A stretch of DNA of 58,016 bases, the filler included, from Sphacelaria rigidula (Eukaryota), in NCBI GenBank assembly GCA_964200075.2. It is 6 parts of 6 records of this genome, joined end to end, with 100 filler letters (N's around TTAATTAATTAA, not from the genome) between each part and the next. Parts side by side here need not be neighbours in the genome. Positions count along the whole stretch, not along the records: positions 48,432 to 58,016 come from CAXNAA020008152.1; 5 more parts are not named here. One strand, given 5' to 3'. Of this stretch, positions 48,460 to 58,016 are shown in pieces. How positions within the stretch are numbered: the first letter of the stretch is position 1; each line of letters opens with the position of its first letter. Under the pieces are notes generated by a model. It was given only the letters and a program-made list of their open reading frames with translations. It was not told the DNA's origin and ran no database searches. The translations under genes and the position numbers were made by a program.

Positions 48460-49235
48460 TGATTACTACTCAAAAGTGCTAGCGCCGGTAGATTTAGGGA
48501 AAAGCGTAGGCCGTGCTCAAACTGCATTGCGCAAGTTGGTGTTTTTGGGGCGATACGGCTAGATACCCCGTTTATCAGGAGGGTGTGATTGAACGTTTTT
48601 TGTCTAATAGAAACCGTTTTACGGCTCTTCCGCAACGAAACGGTAAATACTCAGATAAATGAGTATGTATACAATTATTCACCATAACGATCGAGATCGT
48701 GTTTCCCTCCTATACTGAACAGACCTCAGTCGAGCTTTCTGCGAATGGTCCCTTTCGGGTTTTTTTCGCATAACATTTTCCATGAGCACTCGAAAGTGCT
48801 AGCGTCGATAGTTTCGGCAAAATCAGCAGACCGTGCTCAAATCACAATGCCGAAGTTGGTGTTGTGGGGGCGATACCGAGTAAAGACCTCGTTCATCAGG
48901 AGGGTGTTATTGACCGTGAATGATCCAAGAAACATAGTTTTCCGGCTTTAGCGCAGTGAATAGGTGGAATTAAAAAAATACACCTTTAGAGTCTTCACTA
49001 ATATGATCGGGATCGAGTCGGTCCACCAAAAATACCGAAAAGCTAAAACCTGAGGTTACACTGTCGCAGGACCCCCGAAGATCGGTCAAGCCCGTAAGTC
49101 ACTCAAAATTGATCGCCGATATTTCTCCTTTCAATATATGTCAAGAGGATAAGAGTATCTCTAGATGCCCGTTTTTTGGCACCCAACGGCCGCTGTGATG
49201 AGCGATGGCAAGCGAATCAAATTTGGAAAATCTTT
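48460..49235 (+). mobile_element. Arm of the foldback family seen at 6845-8270, with an internal direct duplication of about 320 bp
   Basis: actc(a/g)aaagtgctagcg...ccgtgctcaaa...atcaggagggtgt occurs at ~48468 and ~48788. gtcgcaggacccccgaagatcggtca matches ~8060. Confidence 0.7.
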
Positions 49236-49453
49236 GAGAAAGAAAGAAATTACGAATTCTGCATACTTCTGATGCTGACAACTGTAGTAATAGGCCACCG
49301 CACAAAGATGCACGCCGGGTGATGATGCCTTATCACGCCCTGATAGTTGTTGGTTGTCGTCACACTAAAAACCGCTTCAATATCTGCGGAGTGCTCCTTC
49401 CTGAGCATCTGACGCGGGCACCTTCCGTGGTCACAGGCCAACTACCCCAAATA

Positions 49454-49486
49454 GGTTAGGGTTAGGGTTACGGTCAGGGTTAGGGC
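49454..49486 (+). repeat. Short interstitial TTAGGG-type repeat
   Basis: ggttagggttagggttacggtcagggttaggg. Confidence 0.7.
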
Positions 49487-49576
49487 TTGGGTAGGCAGTT
49501 CCAAAAAATAATCTTTAAACACAACGATGCGCTGGTCCCCGTCCTAACATCGAACGACTCAACTTTTACTCATTTA

Positions 49577-49827
49577 CTCCTCCCTTTTGCACTCAACGTT
49601 TCCATCCCTCTTCTTGGTCTTTTTGTCGTCTTTTGCGGTATCAATGGATGTTGCCCTTGAACTGTGAGACGCCATGGGAGACCCGTTAATTTTGCTAGGA
49701 CCGTGCTTCATTCCTGCACCAAGTTGAAGAATCGGTCGGTATATGCAAGCTGCCAGCCAGCAGTGTACAGGGGTTGACCACATGCGGAACATAAGACGCA
49801 AGTCGTCCGTCACCAACCACCAAGGCC
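49577..49827 (-). CDS. DGAT1/ACAT-like MBOAT exon (3' boundary uncertain)
   Basis: Acceptor gccag|GG. GPWWLVTDDLRLMFRMWSTPVHCWLAACIYRPIL aligns with DGAT1 DWWNA....YWRMWNMPVHKWMVRHIYFP. Confidence 0.82.
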
Positions 49828-51179
49828 CTGGCAGTCCACGGGGGTACGCGAATAGCGGGAATTGAACTTGTCCAGGATTCGAATGCGGCGACCATGCCGC
49901 ACAGTTCACGTAGTACACAACTTTCCAACAAACGTCCAACATGCTGCCCACGCCATGTTGAAAAACGTCAATCATTTGGGAGGTTCATGCAGTGATGTTC
50001 TGGCGCGAGTAAAGTCAGCAACCTGTACAATCTGGGCGCAGCGAGGAGAATGGAAAGGCGTGTCCAGCCCGCTTCTCGAGTTGTAGTCTACACCACAAGA
50101 AGCATACACCACGAACGCGTCATCGTGGCCGCATTTGAAATGCGAAATGTTGGTTCACGAAGCTAGGAAATGGACATGACGGAGTTTACTCACGTCGGAT
50201 TTCACACGGTGTTCCCGTGCTCCAAAATATGATCGGGAACTGTTGCGCATCTGTACTTCGTCTCTCAGCGTGAGGTATTCGGTGATTATGCAAGATTTTG
50301 AGAACATATCCCAACCTTGGACGGCGGCATAACACTGTATAGACGTGAAAATAGGTAACGCCCCCTTTTCACACTTTTGACATTTTGTAGATGCATGTGT
50401 ACAGAATTTCACGCCGTAACTCAGAAACTGCGACCAGGGGCTTGGTGGAACAATGATTTCTCCTTCATCAGCATAGTTCCCCGACAATGTTCGTGGATGC
50501 GGATACTATTTCTGCGCTGCGTTCGTTCTCTCCTCGTGAGGTCAAAAGGCGAGCTATGGAAATCTCGACGCTTGTGCGCATCGAAAAAAACACGCTTCTA
50601 CACCCCCACCACAGTGCCTACTTGTTTCACGGGGAAACCACCGGAATCATCAGCATTACTCCATACGGGAAGCCGAAGACACACTGCTGGATCTTGCCAC
50701 GGAACACACGATCTCGACAACTAAGCGCGCTGGCGCGAGAAACGGTGAGCTGTGTGCGGCGCACCACACGGAGAGAGCCGGTTTACTTTCCCGATCCAAG
50801 TCTATCGTAGTTTTGCGTTATTTCCCTCCGACCAATACACGCCCACGGCATGTCGACAAAACAGAGCCATATCTATTTCCGCAAAACACCAATGAATTGG
50901 GTGTACAAATACGGTTAGCTCGGGTGGGTTGTATAGAAAGAGGCGGGTCTATCGAGAACAAGCTACCCGTACTTGACCCCTGGAGTCAATCAAAACTCCC
51001 CTAGCTGCGCTTGGTGTGTCGGTGTCATACTGCCGAGCGTTTAACGCTGAATCGTCCTCCACTGGAGGCCACCATCGCACTTTTGTTTGACCGTAAAAAC
51101 CAATACAGGGCTCGTGTGAGATGGCCCCCCTTCCCAAATTTTCGTGGTAGTGTCGGCGCCCCGTGGGTCCCAATCTCAC

Positions 51180-51388
51180 CGTAGAAGTCTCGGTCCGGGT
51201 AGCCCCATAGCTCTGCCGCGGCAAGACATATGCAGTGCCAAAACGCATGGAACATGAGGAAATGTGACATCGCCGATAAAAGCATGCCCACGGAAAATGC
51301 AACGGTGACTGCTAGCCAGTATTGCACGCGCGAACCCTGGGCCCCACTAGAGAGCGCAATCAGCCACGATTCGAAAGTACCGTCGATC
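51180..51388 (-). CDS. DGAT1/ACAT-like MBOAT exon
   Basis: HFLMFHAFWHCICLAAAELWGYPDRDFY aligns with DGAT1 WLCMFYCFFHLWLNILAELLCFGDREFY. The phase-1 donor G|gtgaga matches the next exon. Confidence 0.85.
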
Positions 51389-52050
51389 CTGTCACATAAC
51401 GGTGAATGGCGGGTACAGCGGACAGGGTGGGAGGCGTACGGGGGAGGGAATCCATAATATTTCCACGTGAAGGCTGAACATATTTTTGATGTCGACTACC
51501 GAACTTCAAATGGGTTACATACGTGCTTGACTTGAAGTCAGTAATACAATAAAACGCACAAGTGACGTCGGACGTTTTCCTCACGTTGTTTACAGCATAA
51601 GCATCGCAAAAATCTGCACGTGTGTTTGGTCACCGTGTACTCTTCAGCACAGTGAGCAGCTCAAGGTCTCTTCCTAAAAACCGTCTTGGCACTGAAGGCC
51701 ACAAATGCAGCTACGAGCTGCTACTGTGCTCCCATAACGCAGCTCTTTTCATTGTAAGTTGTTGAGCACTACCAAACCCCATTGGAAGCCGCTCAATGAT
51801 CTCAAACCGACATATAACGTTCGACGCTTGTCATCCAAAGTTTGAGAAACGGGCGAAAAGCGCAGTGGTCGTAAAAGGGGTGGAACTTATTCGGATTATT
51901 CCAGACGCAACAGCTAAACAAGAACACCCTTTAAATGCAGCGAGAATTGACGTTGCTCATGGAAGAACAGGACGGTAAACTATACCACTATCACCAGTCG
52001 CAGAATAACAACACGAGCAATGAGTAATTTGTCGCTAGCCATGAACTCGC

Positions 52051-52430
52051 CTGTAGGATGACCAATCATGCGCATCCAGCCAGAGAAAGTCCTATGGCGG
52101 AGTAGCACCGCAGAACAGACTTGTCAGAACGCGTATCGTGGGAGCATATATGCCAGATGCCATCGTGTGCACCACGAGATAAAAAAGCAAGGCGTGGAAC
52201 AACTCGCGGGCCGCGTGACAGATCCGTCTACTCTTCTCTACACCAACACCTTCGACTGAAGCCTGAGAGAGCGTATAAATGAAAGTTTCGCTACATTGTT
52301 TCACCCAGCTCGGGACGAGGACCAACGAAGGCGTCAACAGAAGGAAGAAACAATACTCTCGGAGTGTGAATTGATTGCAGCTGTCTCTGAAGCAACCGCC
52401 GCGACGTGTCGACGCAACACCCGAGCACAC
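52051..52430 (-). pseudogene. DGAT1/ACAT-like MBOAT exon containing an in-frame TAG (52092-52094) and ending at a GC donor
   Basis: Acceptor acgcag|GTG. FTLREYCFFLLLTPSLV resembles YFxxAPTLCY. Ends ...TPP*DFLWLDAHDWSSY AG|gcgagt, phase 2, compatible with the exon starting at 51388. Confidence 0.6.
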
Positions 52431-53208
52431 CTGCGTAGAATGAGAAAAGGACGATTGGCGTAGGTTGGGGTGGGGTTTTCGGCATTCAGTTTGGCATGAT
52501 GCAGACGTAGGCTGGGCCAGACCAGCACATGTAACCGTGCCTACACGTTTTGGTCCGAAAGCGAGCTCAAGCAACAGTGTAGCGCGGGTCCTCTTTGAAA
52601 AGCCACATAAGGTTGTTCAAACACCCCCCCCCGCTTCACGCAAGCAAACCACTCCGAAGTTCATCAGCTCACGAATGCTCTCAAATATACTCCCTCGCTT
52701 GAGCCGCCACGGCGTCTTAGGCACGCTCAGGCGCAAGAAACATGTTTCCATGTTAGCGCGTTTTTAATCCACTTTTACCTCTTCGTGTCTTGTTGCATAG
52801 AATGGGGCGACCTTTTCCCCAGAGCGATACCAGATCGTCAACAATAATTTGGTGTGTATAGTCAAGAATCCACACCCGTCTGCTGCTTGGCTCGTGCTGC
52901 TAAGCGCACGCACGGCTCCTACATGGCAAACAACCCAACTTCATGTCACTACACTGTTTTTTTGTGATCGCGCTGTCATGGCGGTGTACGTGTGATGATT
53001 CTTCATAATGCCGGAGCCATCGAGGAGTAACGCAGTGGGAGTATGGAAGGATAAACCAAGTGGTCAGAACCGATTCATCGATGAAACGTCGTATTCTCCA
53101 TTTCCGCCGAGAGGAAAAACAAAAAACTGAGAGAAACTCGCCAAATCCAACGCCACAGTCTCCATCCGGTCTCACCCCTGTGTGCAAGACATATCTCAGC
53201 GCGCCCAC

Positions 53209-53500
53209 CTGTGCGTAGGACGTTGTCTTTAGCCCCAGACAAGCCCACAGGAGCCCTACACTCATCCCGGAGGCAAATCCCCACCGATACTGTGCGGAAC
53301 CCCACAGAACGATGGCAGTGCAGCCAAAAGTAGAGAGTGCAACCGAAATAATTCGGAATAGCAACGACCCATCGCCTACGGGCGACCCCTTGACCTTGCT
53401 GTCAGTGTTGGAAGCCTCAGCCGTAGTAGCGGGTGATGACGTGGTAGATGCCCATGAGTGAAGGGGGTAGACCAGAATGGATAAAGCAGTCATCGCCAAC
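53209..53500 (-). CDS. DGAT1/ACAT-like MBOAT exon (transmembrane region)
   Basis: Acceptor ttcag|G, donor CAG|gtgggc. FASGMSVGLLWACLGLKTTSYAQ aligns with DGAT1 FLSGVTLMLLTCIVWLKLVSYAH. Confidence 0.8.
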
Positions 53501-54428
53501 CTGAAGTTCTGGTTCGATTTGGGGTTCGAGCGGGGACATGCGGCGTGACTAATGGCAAAGGTGCAGAAACAAAACGAGTTCAAGACGCTGTACGCGCAGC
53601 GTAGAAGAAAAACACACAACATTCGGTACCTCTACCCGAGTACGGAGCACATGTGCAAGAATTTGGAGCCAAAATATCGACCGACCACGGTAGACCTGTA
53701 CTTCCATGCTACAGGATGGAGACGATGTCCGTGTATATAGTCTCAATAATGAATACCACAGCAGATTAGGCTCGATTTAACGTGGGGCACGTGGGATAGC
53801 GGACAGTCGAAGGGCATAGACTTGGGACAAACGTCAAGGTCTACGAATAGTGACAACACTATCGACTGTCGACAATTGGCACCGCAAGGTCTCATGCATT
53901 CCTGGCGCCAGGGCAATATCCTCCTGGTTCGTTACTGTGAACCAGGCCTATGCTAACCAGTCACGCGCCCTATCAGCACTTCGACTACAGGACAGTAGAG
54001 GAGCAACTAAACTTACGCTGCAGCCCGGGGGGAAGTACATACACCAATGTCAAAAAGTAGGATCCGTAGGACCAGGCTGACCCGTCTGTACTACCCGCAA
54101 ATAGTTCGACAAGGCGGAGGGGGGGATGGGGGTTCACGAGGTACAGCCAGCCGAAGCAACTACTACGGGAGTACGGCGGTCGACAAAAGGCCTACTAGCC
54201 GTTGGCTGCAAACAAAATGGGATTATCTACAGCAGAAACGGTCGTGGATGGACATAGATTGTCGAAATGTTCGTATTCTCGGTGATGGGCTCAAACTACC
54301 TCCACAGAATGATGTGTTGAGAATTTCCGCAATGCCAAGCTAAGCCAAGCCAAGCCAAGCCGCTTGATTAGAACCCTTCGCAAACAACTCGTATCACATC
54401 TGCCTGGAGGGCCGTGACCATTGCTCAC

Positions 54429-54617
54429 ATGCAAACCGAGGCAGATCCGAATCCCTGGAAGTGATTGGCTAGACAAGGCAGTGCCAAGCCGTGGGACAAA
54501 AAGGCCAGCCAATCGGACAAGGCTCCTTCATCGGGGCTCCCACTAGGCGATAAAGGAAGTGGTGTTGCTCCAGAGGCTACGACGGAAACAGCTATGAGCG
54601 CCACCAGTGCCACGGTT
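54429..54617 (-). CDS. DGAT1/ACAT-like MBOAT exon (first transmembrane helix region)
   Basis: Acceptor catcag|A, donor AT|gtgagc, phase-compatible with the exon starting at 53500. Encodes hydrophobic TVALVALIAVSVVASG. Confidence 0.6.
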
Positions 54618-57189
54618 CTGATGACGAGGTGATGATAGCGTGAGAACCAGCAGAAAAAAAGCCAAAGCAGTAGAAAACGGGGCAACAGTTGAAAAAGGCA
54701 GAGGAACACTGAAGCATTAGGGGAAACAGCGTTGACGTTTGTGTTTTGCGAAAACGAGAAAACAACATCATCGAGGTACAGTGGCGCCATCAAGGCCGCG
54801 GTTCTTGTTCCTGACACAGAAGAAAGGACGACCAGACAGCACATAGACGACAGCGAAGATGGGTGGTCGACAGGAGCATTGTAGTTCGAGCGAACTCAAT
54901 CTCCGGTCTGGTTGTGCGTGAGTAGCAATATACGAAACGACATAGACAAAGGGTCGGTGGATGCGGGTCACATTTACTCTGCAGTAAGGCACCTGAGTAT
55001 TCATCACTCTTTGCTGAGAAGTTTCGAAAACAGGACACTTTTCACGTGACCCGAAGCTATGTTGCACGGATGTGCTCACAGAATGCTGCGGTCCGAGACC
55101 TTCAACAGTCTGCGCATTGCCCAGAAGATTTTGCTGCGAGTGGTTGGAATCGGCATAATGGAGCGAACTGGCTACACGACTCTTTAGTACAAACATGTGC
55201 TCGAGGTGACCAATTGCGAACGTATCGAGACGGCCAGTCACAAGCGCCACCTCTGGTTCGCAGGGGCCCTTGCCCGGCAGGACGAAACACGTATTTCAAA
55301 AACGCATCATGTTCGGAACTTTAGCAGCACAAGGATCCACGCAGGTTGGCCGTCCCCTCATACACTTGCAGAACCGCCACCAGGAGAACGTATGCGCACT
55401 TGGAGCTTTTCCACGCAAAAGAGCGTGGCGGAAATGATTCGTCTTCAGTGTGAAGGTTGGGTCACTGTTGTACTGTGTTTACTGTTTGAATCGCTTCCAT
55501 TATCATTTCTCCTCTGTTCTCTCTTTCTCCCCATATCTCCCCCCTTTCTGTATGTGCGTTTCCTTCTTCCCGGCGTATACAACTCGCAATGTCTGAGTCT
55601 CGCTTCCGTAGGTTTTATGTGTGAAAGCCCACACCCAAAGCAACATGGCCCAACTAACTGAGGTGCGATCTGTTTCCCCGATTTTCTTGTTTTCAATTGG
55701 GTATGAGTGCATGTGCTTGAGCGCAAGAGCTTGTCTACCTGAACCCTGTCGCAGCGGTCGGCCATTTCCATTCTTTGTTTCAAGTCCACTAGACTTGTCT
55801 TCCCTGCCTTTCTGTTTTCTTGCGCTTTTCATGAGCAAGTATTGCCGTTTTGTTTACCAGTAACCTTGGGGACAACCTTGGGTACTGGACGTCCATCTCG
55901 TGATCACGTCTGGGTCCCTCCGTCATCACTCAATGTGCGGCAAACCATCAATCGATCACGTCCTCACGTTTTCAAGGATGGGGCTCAGATTCTGCTATAA
56001 AAATCAGTCCGTTTGTGTCGGGAATCGCCCCGCAACCCCTCGCCCTCACCGATATATGGATCGCCAATAATAACATCCAGGGCACAGCGGCTGCGGCTAC
56101 GGCTCATTGAAAAGCATGGTGGACTTGATTGAATATCACACGTTAACCGATCCCTCACGGATTCAGCCATGGTCATCATCCACATGATGGACGTGCCGGG
56201 AATAAAAAACAAAACTGAAATGCTCTCCAAAAAAGAGTGAATGAAGCAGATAGGTGAAACAAACAGAGTAGACTGAGAGAAGAAAAAATAAAAACGGGAC
56301 AGAAGAAAACAAAAAACTATACATGGCCGGCCTCTGCAACATGGACACGATGGAAAAGGTCTTGCCCAGAAAACACACCCATGACCAGTCGCAAAATCTA
56401 GAAAGCCGCGGGAACATAATGCGGCTTACCCATTTCGATATCACTATTTTGGGTTTGAAGCTGTCATCATCCATGAAGCCCACGGAAGCGAGGCACCAAA
56501 CGTTTATTTGCACACACTGCAAGAAGAGAACACGAGAGAGTCAGATAGACAGAGACAGACACAGAGAGGAAGAGATGGGGCAAGAAAGAGAAAACGGAGA
56601 AGGGGAGTACAACAGAGATCGAACTCAAAGGACACTAAGGTAGAGAAGAGAGAAACACACAACAGGGCACACCCACCGCAAACCTGCCGACCATGGACAA
56701 ATCAACAACCGGTAGAAAAATACAGGGGTACATGAGTTTCCGTGTTAGCCCATTGCCTCGTAGTCATCCCTGGTCGGGTACACAGGGGACCGTTCTATCG
56801 GTCATTTCCATCTTGGATTCCTCGTGAGCTGTTGCTGGTCTTGTGCTAGAGAGGGCAGCTCTCCGATCTGCGGCTATCGACGCACCAGCATCTTGTCTGG
56901 GGCGGCGATCCGATCCCCGCTCGTCTTCGCGTCCCCACACGGCGGTGGTGCGGTGGGTGTAGTGCTCTTGTCTCATTTCACGTGCAGCTGTGATCATCTG
57001 TGCCCGTGTTTGCAGACCGTTGGGCATCACGTACAGCTGTGCTCAGACGTACTCCAACTAAAAACAGCTGGCTCAGGGTCTATCGGTATCCGCACCTTTT
57101 CTGTTGGTATTACGAGATCTGTAAGAGGTTTGGGATGCATCCTCCCCCCCCCCCTTAGGGTAGACATCACTTTTTTGGGTTAGACCATC

Positions 57190-57390
57190 TTGTACGAATG
57201 GAAGGTGGGGAACATGTGCGCATCATGCTACATGAACGGAAACCGGAAAACATGTACGCTGGGTGCATCTCGTATGAATGGAAGGCGAGGAACATATACG
57301 TATGATTCATGCTGCACGAATGGAAAGGGATAAACATGCACCTGTGATTCATAGCGTATGAACGAAAGGTGGGGAAAGTGTGCGTACGAC
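57190..57390. repeat. Degenerate minisatellite, unit of about 35-42 bp, about 5 units
   Basis: Recurring aYgaaYgRaaRg...aacatRY.c. Confidence 0.7.
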
Positions 57391-57395
57391 TAATG

Positions 57396-57490
57396 CTAGG
57401 GCTGTGAACTGGACCAGTTTGTACTGGCAGTTAAACTGGAAGTGGAGTTTAACTAGAACTGGTGATGATGACTCCAGTTTACCCAGTTCA
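57396..57490 (+). mobile_element. Possible hAT-type terminus with subterminal aactgg/ccagtt motifs
   Basis: Begins TAGGGCTG and is followed by clustered aactgg/ccagtt; no partner end was identified. Confidence 0.3.
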
Positions 57491-58016
57491 TTCGAAATTT
57501 GCCATTACCGACTATGTTCATACCATTTTTAGTGTAGTGATGTTATAACAAGGATGCCAACATGATTACGAACAAAATATCAGCAAGATTGGGGTCTGCA
57601 GCTGACAACAGTACAGTACAGTACAGTACAGTACTCGTGGTCACTACACCTCGAAGTGATATTGCGTATATATGCCAGGTTTATCGTTTCATAGCACATC
57701 TGGAATCAAAAATAGCAAGCAAACGGTAGTCCGCGATCACAAAATACAAGCTACACCATGGCTTGCAATTCAACAGCATGCGCTCTTATCCCCGCGTGCT
57801 GCCAGCCTTGGCTTGTTTGCACCTTACGGAGAGTCTGCTGCTGCATACTAAAGATGAAACACTGTATTCGTGAGATTTACAGTGTAACATCGGAGTCAAA
57901 GTGAGACCCGAAACAATTGACTTTCCCGTCGATTTTGACATCACCACAGTTCGAGGGGTAATGCGCCCAGCTGGTGAAGCGGTGGCTTCAATGAAAGCTG
58001 TCACCTACACGGTCAA

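Overview
This is repeat-rich eukaryotic DNA with long introns, most consistent with a brown alga (Phaeophyceae; inferred, not proven). It is not one locus. Five identical 100-nt spacers (N44-TTAATTAATTAA-N44) join six pieces of 9587, 9586, 9586, 9586, 9586 and 9585 bp, which look like length-sorted unplaced contigs, so adjacency across a spacer carries no meaning. Piece 1 holds an intronless phytochrome hybrid histidine kinase (PAS-GAF-PHY-HisKA-HATPase-REC, minus strand, 1130-3928). It is cut by a single in-frame TGA at the GAF/PHY boundary, sits among host repeats, and is plausibly of giant-virus (phaeovirus) origin. Piece 2 holds an intronless type II membrane sulfotransferase. Piece 3 holds five phase-compatible exons of a U2SURP/SR140 splicing factor. 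Piece 6 holds five exons of a divergent DGAT1/ACAT-like MBOAT acyltransferase with an in-frame TAG. The rest is mostly non-autonomous mobile DNA: a tRNA-derived SINE family, hAT-type elements with 8-bp TSDs, a Tc1/mariner-type MITE, a large foldback element, nested palindromes and minisatellites, one of which arose inside a MITE. I found no CRISPR array, rRNA or intact tRNA.
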